64,000 bases of DNA from the NCBI GenBank assembly GCA_964416425.1, contig CAYQEC010000001.1, forward strand, positions 149,696 through 213,695. Reading direction: 5' to 3'. A program made the translations under genes and the position numbers. This DNA is from an uncultured Acidimicrobiaceae bacterium. GTDB lineage: Bacteria; Actinomycetota; Acidimicrobiia; Spongiisociales; UBA5794. The notes beneath the pieces are model-generated. The model was not told the origin of the DNA, did not search any database, and saw only the letters and a list, made by a program, of their open reading frames with translations. Below are positions 9,312 to 22,700 of the stretch, piece after piece (position 1 is the stretch's first letter; every line of letters starts with the position of its first letter).

Positions 9312-9827
9312 TCAGTGTCTCGGTTCGCGCCACTCCGGGTTGAGGGCCCCGTCGATCACGCACGGCACGGTGCAGTCGAGCGGCTCGATCCGGGCGGCGG
9401 CGTGCTCCCCCACCGGGTTGTCGTTGCCGGCGGCGTGGTCGGCGTAGTGGGCGTGGAGGCACTTGACCCCTCGGGTGGCGCCTCCTACTCCCCCGGTGGG
9501 GCGCGGCAGCGGCGAATCCGCCGGGATGAGGGCGTCCCGCTCCGCCGCGTAGCGGGCGACCGCGGCGGCATGGCGCTCCGCCAGGTCGGGATCGACGGCG
9601 AGCCTGGCCTCCGCCTCCTTCACCCCGCCGGCGGCCTCCAGCCGGCCGACGCGGCGCACCGCCAATGGGCAGGTGAGCCAGTAACGGGTGGGGAAGGGAG
9701 TGCCGTCGTCGAGGTGGGGCGGGACCGCGGTCACCACCGGGAGGCCGAGGTGGCAGCGGGCGACGACGTCGATCGGCGAGCGAGGTTCCCGGCCCAGTTG
9801 GGCCGTCACCGTCTCTCGATCACTCAT
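9312..9827 (-). CDS. DUF501 domain protein
   Basis: QLGREPR, DGTPFPTRYWLTCP, GVKCLHAHYAD motifs; canonical position after eno-ftsB. Confidence 0.9.
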   Translation of the reverse strand: MSDRETVTAQLGREPRSPIDVVARCHLGLPVVTAVPPHLDDGTPFPTRYWLTCPLAVRRVGRLEAAGGVKEAEARLAVDPDLAERHAAAVARYAAERDALIPADSPLPRPTGGVGGATRGVKCLHAHYADHAAGNDNPVGEHAAARIEPLDCTVPCVIDGALNPEWREPRH

Positions 9828-10248
9828 CCGGTACGAGGTCGCGGCCGGTGAGGAAGTCCCACACCTTCTCCAGCGGGGACCGCTCGTCCTCGGGTGGCTG
9901 CCCCTGCTGGGGAACAACCGCCTCCGGCTCCGGCGCAGGCGGGTCGATGGTGTAGCCGGTCTCGCCGGGACGGACCAGCCCGTATTGCTCGCGGGCGATC
10001 CGCTCCAGGTCGGAGGCGGACTCCAGCGAGGCGACCTCTCCCTCGAGGCGGTCGTTCTCGGTGAGCAGCGCCTCCAGCTTGGCCTGGGTGTTCTCCACCC
10101 GTCGCTGCTGGGCGATCATCTGCCGGAACGGGAAGATGCCGGCGAGGGTGATGGCGAGGGCAACGAGCAGCAGGACCGCGACCACCGGCCCCCGCCGGCC
10201 TCTCGGCTGGCGGGGTGTGTCGCGGTCCTGCAACATCGTCTCGTCCAA
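9820..10248 (-). CDS. ftsB: Septum formation initiator FtsB/DivIC family protein
   Basis: Single TM, coiled coil, ERIAREQYGLVRPGE motif; downstream of eno. Confidence 0.85.
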   Translation of the reverse strand: MDETMLQDRDTPRQPRGRRGPVVAVLLLVALAITLAGIFPFRQMIAQQRRVENTQAKLEALLTENDRLEGEVASLESASDLERIAREQYGLVRPGETGYTIDPPAPEPEAVVPQQGQPPEDERSPLEKVWDFLTGRDLVPDE

Positions 10249-10251
10249 TGA

Positions 10252-11589
<1,338 letters not shown>

Positions 11590-11698
11590 TCAGCGTAGGG
11601 GCGGCGGGTGGAATCGTGATCTCGCCGGGGCCCGCGGCGGCCCTCCGGGCGCCTCAACCGCCTCGGTCCCGCCCGGCCCGGAGCCGCCTCCGGGCCGG

Positions 11699-11736
11699 GC
11701 AACACGACCGAAACACCCCGGTAACCCTGCCGAAAT
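11699..11736 (+). promoter_or_regulatory. Tandem GlnR boxes upstream of amt-glnK-glnD
   Basis: GCAAC-n6-GAAAC-n6-GTAAC-n6-GAAAT matches the actinobacterial GlnR pattern gTnAc-n6-GaAAc repeated at 11-bp period. Confidence 0.8.
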
Positions 11737-11795
11737 GAACCCGTGCCACATTGTCGGCCAACCGATCAACGCGGATACCCCGAGGAGGATCCCGC

Positions 11796-13345
<1,550 letters not shown>

Positions 13346-13391
13346 GCTCTCGATCGCCACCGACTGGGCGAAACGGCGAAAGGAAGGTCCC

Positions 13392-15821
13392 GTGTCGCCC
13401 ACCAGGCCCGAGATGAGCGCCCTCCAGGGCTTCCTCGACCTATGCCGGGAGGTCGCCGCCTCCCCGATCGGGGACGGGGGCCTCGACACCTGCGCCGCCC
13501 TCACCGCCTCCCTCGACGCCGCCCTCGCCGCCCTGGCGGCTCCGATGGCCGACGAGCCCGGGGCGGCGGTGGTGGCGCTCGGCGGCTACGGGCGGGGCGA
13601 GCAGTGCCTCCACTCCGACGTCGACGTCATGCTGCTGCACGAGGTGTCCGACCCGGACCGGCTCGCCCGCCACGTGCTCTACCCGTTGTGGGACGCCAAC
13701 CTCAAGGTCGGCCACTCGGTGCGGACCGTCGCCGAGGCCGTCATAGCCGCCCGGTCCCGTTTCGACACCCTGACCTCGCTGCTGTCAGGGCGGCTCGTCG
13801 CCGGCGATGCCGCCCTCTTCGCCGCCTTCGAGAAACGCCTCGCCGGGTTGGTGAAGGGCCGGCCCCTTTCCCCCGCCCTCGCCACCGAGGAGCGGGTGCG
13901 GCGCTCCGTCGACCCCTACCAGGTGATGGCGGCCGACCTCAAGAACGGCCGGGGCGCGCTGCGGACCTTCCAGGGACTGTGGTGGGAGCGGCGGCGCGCC
14001 GCCCTCCTGGGCCGGGAGCCCGACCCGGAGCATCCGGAGGAGCGGGAAGCCCGCGGCACCCTGCTGGCGGTGCGCAACGCCCTCCACGCGGTGGCGGGTC
14101 GGGCCATCGACGAGTACAACCCCGACCTGCGGGAACCGGTGGCACGCTGGCTGGGTGAGGACGTCGCCACCGTGAGCGCCCGCCTCTGCCGGGCCCTCCG
14201 CTATGGGGACCACCTCGCCGAGCGCCACTGGCCCGACATCCACCCCGGCGACGACCCCATGGTCGGGTTCGGGCGCAGGGTGTTCGCCAGCATCCGGAGC
14301 CGGTTCCGCCCCGTCGAGATCGCCCCGTCTCGCCGGCCCCTCGAGCTGGCCGCCCGTGCTGCCGCCCGACCCGAAGGGGTGTGGTTCGACTCGGTCGAGA
14401 TCGAGCAGATCCGGGCCGGCGTCGACCAGCAATGGACCGCCGGCGACCGGGAGGCATTCCTCGCGCTGCTCACCGCCGGGGAGCGAGGACGGGCCGCCTT
14501 CGGGTGGCTGGAGGAGCTGGGTTGGGTCTCCATCGCCATCCCGGAATGGCGGGCGGTGGCGGCGGCGCCGCAGCTCGCCCCCTTCCACGAGCATCCGGTC
14601 GACGCCCACCTCTGGCGCTGCGTCGACGAGATGCAGTCCCTCCTCGACGGCGGGGATCCGCTCGTCGGGAAGGTGGTCGCCGAGTTGGGCTCGACCGAGG
14701 AGCTGATCCTGTCGGCGTTTTTCCACGACATCGGGAAGGCGCAGGGGGGCGACCATGCCGAGGTGGGAGCCGTCGCGGTGGAGCGCTTCTTCCGTCGCGC
14801 CGGCTTCGGTCCTGCCACCAGCGGCGCCGTCATCGGGGCGGTGCGCCACCATCTCATGCTGGCGCGGGCCGCCACCCGCCGCGACATCGCCGACCCGGCG
14901 GTCGTGGCCGAGGTGGTCGACACCGCCGGGGATCTGCGAGCGCTCCAGATCCTGTACCTGCTCACCATCGCCGATTCCCGCGCCACCGGGCGCACCATGT
15001 GGTCGGAGTGGAAGGCGACCCTGCTCCGCCAGCTCTTCGTGCGGGCAGCCGCCCAGTTCGGGGAGGAGCCGCCCGATCCCGCCACCGCAGCCCTCGACGC
15101 GGTGCTCGCCGCCGCCGGCGACCCGCTGACTCAGCGGGCCGTCGAGGAGCACGTCGCCGCCATGCCCGACGGGTACCTCGACGTCTTCTCGCCCGAGCAC
15201 GTGCTGTGGCACCTGGAGGCGGCGGCGCGGCGGGAGGGTGACGCTTCGATCCACGTCCGCCCGGGCTCCCCCACCGACACCGTCGTCGTCGTCGGCAGCG
15301 ACCGGGCCGGATTCCTCTTCGCCACCTCCTCGGTGTTCGCCGCCAACGGCATCGGGGTGCTCTCAGCCCGCCTCATGACCCGGGCCGACGGCACCGTCAT
15401 CGACACCTTCCAGGTGCACCGCGACCGGGGCCGGGAGCCGATCCCGGCGGAACGCTGGGCCCGGGTCGAGCACGACCTGCGGGCGGCGCTCGCCGGGCGC
15501 CTCGACGTCGCCGAGATGGTGCGCAAGCGCGCCGAGGCGTACACCGGCCGCAGTGCGACCCCGGTGCAGGTGGCGCCCCGTCCCGGGGCGGCCCCCCGCC
15601 ACACCGTCGTCGAGGTGCGGGCCACCGACCGCATCGGCTTGCTCGCCGACATCGTCGGCGCCCTCTACGCCGAGCACCTCGACATCGACCTCGCCGTGGT
15701 CGAGACCCGCGGCACCGACGTCGTCGACGTCTTCCACGTCCGCCGCGACGGCCATCCGATCCGGGACGAGGCCGAGACAACGGCGATCTGCCACCGGGTG
15801 GCGGAACGCATCGAGCGGTAG
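13392..15821 (+). CDS. glnD: [Protein-PII] uridylyl/adenylyltransferase
   Basis: ALGGYGRGE..HSDVD nucleotidyltransferase motif, DLKNGRGALR, FHDIGK HD domain, two ACT domains (DRAGFL, DRIGLL). Confidence 0.92.
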   Translation: MSPTRPEMSALQGFLDLCREVAASPIGDGGLDTCAALTASLDAALAALAAPMADEPGAAVVALGGYGRGEQCLHSDVDVMLLHEVSDPDRLARHVLYPLWDANLKVGHSVRTVAEAVIAARSRFDTLTSLLSGRLVAGDAALFAAFEKRLAGLVKGRPLSPALATEERVRRSVDPYQVMAADLKNGRGALRTFQGLWWERRRAALLGREPDPEHPEEREARGTLLAVRNALHAVAGRAIDEYNPDLREPVARWLGEDVATVSARLCRALRYGDHLAERHWPDIHPGDDPMVGFGRRVFASIRSRFRPVEIAPSRRPLELAARAAARPEGVWFDSVEIEQIRAGVDQQWTAGDREAFLALLTAGERGRAAFGWLEELGWVSIAIPEWRAVAAAPQLAPFHEHPVDAHLWRCVDEMQSLLDGGDPLVGKVVAELGSTEELILSAFFHDIGKAQGGDHAEVGAVAVERFFRRAGFGPATSGAVIGAVRHHLMLARAATRRDIADPAVVAEVVDTAGDLRALQILYLLTIADSRATGRTMWSEWKATLLRQLFVRAAAQFGEEPPDPATAALDAVLAAAGDPLTQRAVEEHVAAMPDGYLDVFSPEHVLWHLEAAARREGDASIHVRPGSPTDTVVVVGSDRAGFLFATSSVFAANGIGVLSARLMTRADGTVIDTFQVHRDRGREPIPAERWARVEHDLRAALAGRLDVAEMVRKRAEAYTGRSATPVQVAPRPGAAPRHTVVEVRATDRIGLLADIVGALYAEHLDIDLAVVETRGTDVVDVFHVRRDGHPIRDEAETTAICHRVAERIER

Positions 15822-15831
15822 CCAGCGGCCC

Positions 15832-16347
15832 TCAGGGGGTCATGCCGGCGATGCCCCGCAGAGTGCCGATCACCACGTCGTCCATCGCCACGACGGCGTC
15901 GCGGCCCTCGAGGCGCACCACGAACCCGTGCTCGGCGTCGACGGAGAGGCGGAACCGATCCTCGCTATCCCTTCTCAGCCCCACGACGTCGACGACCCAA
16001 GCCTCCCGCCCGGCGCACACCTCGCGACCGATCACCGTCCCCGATGCCTCGTCGATGGAGGCCATCAGGTGCCCCTCGAACATGGCTTTGACGTGCGTAT
16101 CGGAGGAGACGTGTTGACCTCGGAATCCCGCGAGCTCGCGGCCGTCGAACATCACCGTCGAGGCTTTGCCGGCCGACATCTCGATCCGGGCATCCTCTTC
16201 GATCAGCCAGCCGTCGAGGCCGTCGTGGATCACGTGGAGGCGGCGGGGCGGCGTCCGTGAAGTGTCGGTCACGGTTGCCCGTATCGGCGGTTTCGGGCGT
16301 CGCACCATCAGCTCCCGGACCTCGTCCCAGGTCGGAGATTCGCCCAT
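15832..16347 (-). CDS. Hypothetical protein
   Basis: 171-aa ORF with normal composition filling the gap after glnD; no motif recognised. Confidence 0.6.
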   Translation of the reverse strand: MGESPTWDEVRELMVRRPKPPIRATVTDTSRTPPRRLHVIHDGLDGWLIEEDARIEMSAGKASTVMFDGRELAGFRGQHVSSDTHVKAMFEGHLMASIDEASGTVIGREVCAGREAWVVDVVGLRRDSEDRFRLSVDAEHGFVVRLEGRDAVVAMDDVVIGTLRGIAGMTP

Positions 16348-16518
16348 TCCGTTCCACCGCCCTCTCCCATAGGTGATCCGAGGAGCGCTCAGCTCGACCT
16401 CACGGCCGCCGCCAACCGATCACGTCACGCAAGGTACACCACGCATTCCCAGGTCGAGCCGCAGCGACCCTCGGGCGCTTGCTACCATTTTCCACGTCTC
16501 AGGGTGGAGAGGTGGACG

Positions 16519-17343
16519 ATGTGGCTCGGGATCCGACAGTTCGATCTGGCCGGTGACGTGACCGCGGCGGCGTGGGTCCCACCCCGCCTGAGCAACGAGG
16601 GCGGCGCGAGGCGCCACGGGCTCACCGTCGGTTCCCTGCTCCCGACCGGGTACCAGGCTTATGCCCGCGTCCTCCACCCGGTGACGCGCGCCACGGCCGG
16701 CGGCCCCGAGCCGGTCCGCTGGAAGGAGGTCGCCGCCTGGAGCGGTCGCCCGCTGCAGCGTGACAGCGGCTTCGGCGACATCGCGGTCGCCCCGCCCGGC
16801 GCGTCCGCCGTTGCCCCCTGGGATGGGGAGGCGCCGCGTGACGGGACGCTGGATGCCGCCGGCGCCACCACCCTGGCCACGATGCTGGCCGGGGCCACCA
16901 CCACCCCAGAGCGCTGCTGGTTCGCCTTCTGGGACGGTCTCGGGTTCCTGCACGGCCCTCCCGCCATGATCGTCGTCGGTGGGCGCCGGGCGGCACGGTG
17001 GCGGGACCGCCTGCAATTGTGGCGCTCGGCTCGCCTCCTCCGTCACGATTACGCCCGCACCGCGATGGCTCCGCGGTTCCGAATCGGGGGACTCGACTAC
17101 GTCCTGCTCCACGGTCCGCTCACCGTCGTGGCGTCGCTCCGGTTCGGGCCTCTCCGCTGGTTCGAGTCACCGAACCTGTGGTGGCCCGAGGATCGGGCTT
17201 GGTTCGTCGCCACCGACATCGACGCCACCTCCACCTACGTCGCCTGCGACGCCGCCTGCTTCGATCGGCTCGCCGCATCCCCCGATCTCGAGGTGCTCGC
17301 CGCCGAACGCGAAGCCCCGCTCGACCTGCTGCGCTTCGACTGA
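16519..17343 (+). CDS. Hypothetical protein
   Basis: GGAGAGG RBS before ATG 16519; P.GY.AYARVLHP, CWFAFWDG and SPNLWWPEDRAWFVATDID segments resemble a conserved actinobacterial hypothetical family. Confidence 0.75.
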   Translation: MWLGIRQFDLAGDVTAAAWVPPRLSNEGGARRHGLTVGSLLPTGYQAYARVLHPVTRATAGGPEPVRWKEVAAWSGRPLQRDSGFGDIAVAPPGASAVAPWDGEAPRDGTLDAAGATTLATMLAGATTTPERCWFAFWDGLGFLHGPPAMIVVGGRRAARWRDRLQLWRSARLLRHDYARTAMAPRFRIGGLDYVLLHGPLTVVASLRFGPLRWFESPNLWWPEDRAWFVATDIDATSTYVACDAACFDRLAASPDLEVLAAEREAPLDLLRFD

Positions 17344-17360
17344 AGCGGGGTCGGGACGCG

Positions 17361-18833
17361 TTACCCGCGGTCCGCGCCCTCGGCCGCCTTGGCCGCCTCC
17401 CACAGCTCCTCGAGCCGCTCCGCCGGCAGGTCCCCCAGCGAAGATCCTGCCTCGGCCGCCGCCGCCTCCATCGACCGGAAACGGGCCCCAAAACGGGCGT
17501 TCGCCTGGCGCAGCGCCAGCTCCGGATCAATCCCGAGGTGGCGGCCCAGGTTGGCCACCGCGAACAGGACGTCCCCCAGCTCGGCCTGGGTCGCGGTGTG
17601 ATCCCCAACGGCCCGGCTCAGCTCGGCGATCTCCTCCTGCACCTTGTCCCGCACCGGATCCGCCTCGTCCCAGTCGAATCCGACCGTCGCCGCCCGGCGC
17701 TGCAGCTTGTCGGCCCGGGCCAGGGCCGGGAGCGCCTCCGGCACGTCGTCCATCAGCGATCCCAGCTCCTTCTCGTCGGCCTTGATGTCGTCCCAGTTAG
17801 CCTTGACGGTGGCGCTGTCGTCGGCCACCACGTCCCCGAAGACGTGGGGGTGGCGGTGCACCAGCTTGCGGCGGATGCCCTCGGCGACCTCCTCGACGTC
17901 GAAGGCGCCGGCCTGGCGGGCCAGGGTGGCGTGCAGCACCACCTGCAGCAGCAGGTCCCCCAGCTCCTCCTCCACCTCGGCGTAGGCCCCGAAGTCGACC
18001 TCGCCGTCCGGGGCGGCTTCCGGCAGGGCGAGCAGGGTGTCGACGGTCTCGTACGCCTCCTCGATGAGGTGGCGCACCAAGGTGTGGTGGGTCTGCTCCC
18101 GGTCCCAGGGACACTCCCGGCGTAGCTGGCGGGTCGTCGTCACCAGGCCGTACCAGCCCACCGGTGGTGGATCGAGGTAGAGGCTGGTACGTGGACCCGG
18201 CACGAGCCGGGCCAGCCGGCTCAACGGCACCGTGATGACCGCCTCCTCCGCCGTGCCCAGCGAGTCGAGGTAGGTGATCGGGGTGTCGTCGGGCAGCACC
18301 TTCGCCAGTTCGGTGGCGACGTCGGCGAGCACCACCGGCCGATCCACCTGGGTGATGACGGTCGCCGCCTGCAGTAGTAGCGGATCGGGGAGGTCGCGGC
18401 CGTCGAGGATCAGGGTGGCTCGCCCGATCGGGTCGAGGCCGGTGCGCTCGAAGAGCAGGTCGAGGAAGGACTCCCCGGGGATCACCACCACGGTCAGCCC
18501 CGCCTCCTCGGCGCGGGACCGCACTATGGCAACGGCGCGTTCCCCCACCACGGCGCTGCCCGGCACCACGTAGGCGGTGGGACCGGCCTGCGCCGCCGCC
18601 ACCACCCGGTCGGCGATGGCCCCGTACACCTCGTCGAGGCCGGCGGCCTGCTCGTAGAGGTCGTCGCAGTCCGTCACCTCCCGCAGCTCCGCCAGCTCGG
18701 CAGCGGAGGGATGCTGCCGGGTGCGGGAGATCACGGTGGTCCCCGGCGCCACCAGGAACCCAAGCGTCGGACCGGGGAGCCGGTCGAGGCCCGCCGGGCC
18801 CAACCCGACGATGATCAGGTCCGGCTCACTCAC
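17361..18833 (-). CDS. mazG: MazG nucleoside triphosphate pyrophosphohydrolase with N-terminal tetrapyrrole-methylase-like domain (YabN type)
   Basis: IVGLGPAG N-terminus; LRRECPWDREQTH, EELGDLLLQVVLHA, RRHPHVFG, ELGDVLF motifs. Confidence 0.93.
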   Translation of the reverse strand: MSEPDLIIVGLGPAGLDRLPGPTLGFLVAPGTTVISRTRQHPSAAELAELREVTDCDDLYEQAAGLDEVYGAIADRVVAAAQAGPTAYVVPGSAVVGERAVAIVRSRAEEAGLTVVVIPGESFLDLLFERTGLDPIGRATLILDGRDLPDPLLLQAATVITQVDRPVVLADVATELAKVLPDDTPITYLDSLGTAEEAVITVPLSRLARLVPGPRTSLYLDPPPVGWYGLVTTTRQLRRECPWDREQTHHTLVRHLIEEAYETVDTLLALPEAAPDGEVDFGAYAEVEEELGDLLLQVVLHATLARQAGAFDVEEVAEGIRRKLVHRHPHVFGDVVADDSATVKANWDDIKADEKELGSLMDDVPEALPALARADKLQRRAATVGFDWDEADPVRDKVQEEIAELSRAVGDHTATQAELGDVLFAVANLGRHLGIDPELALRQANARFGARFRSMEAAAAEAGSSLGDLPAERLEELWEAAKAAEGADRG

Positions 18834-19755
18834 CGGGCGGGATGATGCCGTTGGCGGCCGCCGACCAGGTGCCGACCGTCGGGGAGACCTCGATGTCGGC
18901 CGCCAGCACCGCCGTGTTGAACCACTCCGTGTAGAGGGAGGTGACGAACGACCCGTCGAGCCAGGCGAGCGGATCGTCGATGAAATCCTGGGCGGAGGCC
19001 GGCATCTCGCGCTGCTCGACGAGGATGACGTGCCACGCCCCGTTGGCGTTGATCGGGCCGACCGGCTCGTTGAGCGGGGCGTTGACGGCGACGGAGGCGA
19101 ACTCCTCGCCGGCGCTGGCGATCGAGATCGGGCAGGTCCCGTCGTTGCTGATCAGGCCGCCGGGGGTGACGGTGTCGATCGACAGCTCGTCGACCAGGTC
19201 GAGGAAGTCCTCCCCGTTGTCGAGCCGATCCAGCACCGCGTTGGCCTCGTCCTCGGTCTGCACTGCGATGTGACGAACGCAGAGCTTGGCGAACTCCTCC
19301 GGATTGCTCGCCATCAGTGGCTCGACCTTGGCGGGGTCGAGGTCGAGGAGGTTGGGTACGACGTTGTCGCGGAGCAGGGTGTTGAGGGCATCCGCCCGGA
19401 TGGCGAACTCCCCCATATCGGCTTGGGCGGTGGGCCCGGTGAGCAGCGTCCGGTAACGCTCCGGCGGGTGGGCGAGCCGCTCTTCGACCTCGGCGTCGCT
19501 GAACTCGAGCCCGAACTGCTCCTTGGCACTGTCCTGCACCGCCTGGAGCACGACCAGCGCCGTCAGGTCGCTGCGCATCCGCTCGCTGTCGATCGACGGG
19601 GGATCCTCGTAGCTCGGTCGCAGCCGGACCAGGTCGGCGCGGGTGATCTCGGTGCCGTTGACCGTGGCCAGCGACTCGGAGGTGGAGGAGCAGGCGGTCG
19701 CCGCCAGGGCGATCACGGCGCCGATCAGGAGCAGGCGGCGGACTCGATGCTTCAC
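18826..19755 (-). CDS. SurA/PrsA-like peptidyl-prolyl isomerase lipoprotein
   Basis: Lipobox LAATAC; LATVNGTEIT; VRHIAV..EDEAN.VL.RL..GEDF parvulin motif; between mfd and mazG. Confidence 0.82.
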   Translation of the reverse strand: MKHRVRRLLLIGAVIALAATACSSTSESLATVNGTEITRADLVRLRPSYEDPPSIDSERMRSDLTALVVLQAVQDSAKEQFGLEFSDAEVEERLAHPPERYRTLLTGPTAQADMGEFAIRADALNTLLRDNVVPNLLDLDPAKVEPLMASNPEEFAKLCVRHIAVQTEDEANAVLDRLDNGEDFLDLVDELSIDTVTPGGLISNDGTCPISIASAGEEFASVAVNAPLNEPVGPINANGAWHVILVEQREMPASAQDFIDDPLAWLDGSFVTSLYTEWFNTAVLAADIEVSPTVGTWSAAANGIIPPGE

Positions 19756-22700
19756 GTTGGCTCCTCGTCGACGGGAGGCCACATTCTACGAATGAACGAG
19801 AGTTGTGAATCCAGCAGCGCCCCGCGCGGGGCGGGCAGGAACAATCTCTCGCCCCGGATCACCGCGCCCCGTGCCAGCCGGCCGAGCCGCACCTGCTGGG
19901 ATTCCCTGAGGGCAACCGGGCTGAGGCGGATCTCGTTGCGCACCTTGACGATCTCGCCGAGCCCCACCCGCAACGCCTCCACCCGGAGCCGGGCGACGTC
20001 GAGCAGGGAACGGGCCGGCGGCGGCGGCTCACCGTAGCGGTCCCGCCATTCGGCGGCGACGTCGTCGACTCCGGCCGGGGTGGTGGCCGCCGCCAGCCGC
20101 CGGTAGGCCTCGAGCCGCTCGTTGCCGCCGCTGACGTAGTCCTCCGGCAGGTGGGCGTCCACCGGCAGGTCGATCCGCACCTCCGGCGCTTCGACGACGG
20201 GGGCCTCCTCTCCCTTCAGCTCGGCGACGGCGTCGGCGACCAGCTCGACGTAGAGGTCGAAGCCGACGGCGGCGATATGCCCCGCCTGGGTCTCGCCCAG
20301 GATGCTCCCGGCTCCCCGGATCTCCAGGTCGCGCATCGCCAGCTCGAAACCCGAGCCGAGGTCGGAGAACTCCCCGATCGCCTCCAGCCGCCGGTAGGCC
20401 TCCTCCCCCAGGGTCTGCTCCTCGGGGTGGAACAGGTAGGCGTAGGCCCGCTGACTCGATCGGCCGACCCGCCCCCGGAGCTGGTAGAGCTGACCGAGGC
20501 CGAGGCGGTCGGCCCGCTCCACCAGCAGGGTGTTGACCTGGGGAAGATCCAGTCCCGACTCGATGATGGTGGTCGCCACCAGCACGTCGTACTCGTGGTT
20601 CCAGAAGTCGTACATCACCTGCTCGAGCTGGCCCTCGCTCATGCGGCCGTGGGCGACCGCGTAGCGGGCGTCGGGGACCAGCTCCCGCAGATGGGCCACC
20701 GCCCGGTCGATCGACTGGATGCGGTTGTGGACGTAGAACACCTGTCCCTCCCGCAGCAGCTCGCGGCGGATGGCGGCCGACACCGCCGGCTCGTCGTAGG
20801 GCCCGACGTAGGTGAGGATGGGATGACGGTCCTCGGGAGGGGTGCGGATGTGACTCACCTCGCGGATGCCGGTGAGGGCCATCTCCAGGGTGCGCGGGAT
20901 CGGGGTCGCCGTCAGGGTGAGCACGTCAACCGAGGTGCGGAGCCGCTTCAGCCTGTCCTTGGAGGCCACCCCGAAGCGCTGCTCCTCGTCGACGACGAGC
21001 AGCCCCAGGTTCTTGAAGACGATGTCGTCCGACAGCAGTCGGTGGGTGCCGATGACGATGTCGACGGCTCCGGATGCGATCGCCGCCACCACCTGCCGCT
21101 GCTGGGCGGAAGTGAGGAATCTGCTCAGCATCTCGACCCGCACCGGGTAGGGGGCGAGACGTTCCTCGAAGGTGGAGGCATGCTGCTGGGCGAGCAGCGT
21201 CGTCGGGACCAGCACCGCCACCTGGCGTCCCCCTTGCACCGCCTTGAAGGCGCCCCGCAGGGCCACCTCGGTCTTCCCGAACCCGACGTCGCCGAAGATG
21301 AGCCGGTCCATCGGCTCCGGGGTTTCCATGTCCCGCTTCATGTCGCCGATCGCCGTCATCTGGTCGGGAGTCTCCTCGTAGGGAAAGGCCGCTTCGAACT
21401 CGTGCTGCCACGGGCCGTCCGGCTCGAAGGGATGGCCCGTCGCCCGGGTTCGCCTCCGATGGAGGTCGACGACCTCCTCGGCGACCACCGCCGCCGCCTT
21501 CCGCACCTTGCCGCGGGTGGCGGCCCAGTCGGCGCCGCCCATGCGGGAGAGGCGGGGCGTCTCGCCGCCGGTGTAGCGGCGCACCGCCGCCAGGGCGTCG
21601 GTCGGCACGTAGAGGCGGTCCTGGCCGTGGTAGGCGATGAGCAGGTAGTCCCGTTCCACATCGGCGATCTCGCGGTGCACCAGCCCCTCGAAGCGGCCGA
21701 TGCCGTGGTGGTAGTGGACCACGTAGTCGCCCGGCGTCAGGTCCCGATAGGCGACCTCGGCGGTCCCACCGGCGGGATGGCGGACCCGGCGGTGCGATCT
21801 CCTCCGGCCGGCGATCTCGTGCTCCCCCACCACCCCGCAGCCGAGCGTCGGTGAGACGAATCCGTGGTGGATCCCGAGGGCGATCACCGCCGGCTCGACC
21901 CGCTCCAGCGCCTGGCGCACCGGGAGGTCGTACCCGGCGTCGGAGAGGGCACGGTGCACCCGGGTGGCGGCCGCCTCGCCGTCCATCGCCACCACCATGG
22001 CGACCCCCCGTTCCTGCCAGCGCCGCAGCGCCGTCACCAGCGAGTCGGCGTCGGCGGGGACGGCGTCGAGGCCCCGCAGTTCCACCGCGGCGTCGTCGGG
22101 CCCGGCGGCCAGCGGCGGCGCCGCCACCACCTCGTCGTCCCGCAGCGGCAGGTAGAGGGACGGATGGTCGCCCGCCGGCGGGGCGCCCTGGCCCCAGGTG
22201 GGAGCGAGGGAGGCGGCGAGGTCGGCCTCCTCCCGTTGCAGCTCCCCGCTGCGGGCCCGGGACTGCGCCGGGTCGAAGAGCACGACGAGGGCCCCGGGCA
22301 CCTCGTCGAGCAAGGTGCGTTCCGGGGCCAGCCAGGGCAGCCAGGATTCCATCCCCTGGAAGTGCACCCCGGCGGCAATCCGGTCCCAGGTCGCCGCCGC
22401 CCACGGTTGAGTGGAGACCAGCTCCGCCGCCCGGGCCCGCACCGTCGGGTCGGGACGGAGCTCCCGCGCCGGGAAGGCAACCACCTCGGCCACCTCCTCG
22501 ACCGAACGCTGCGAGCCGACCGCGAACCGCCGGATGCCGTCGACCTCGTCCCCCCAGAATTCGATCCGGCACGGGACCTCCCCCTGGGCCGGGAAGAGAT
22601 CTACGATCCCGCCCCGTACCGCGAACTCGCCCCGGGCCTCCACCCGGTCGGTGTGGTGGTAGCCGGCGGCGGCGAGGCGCTCCACCAGGGCTTCGAAGGG

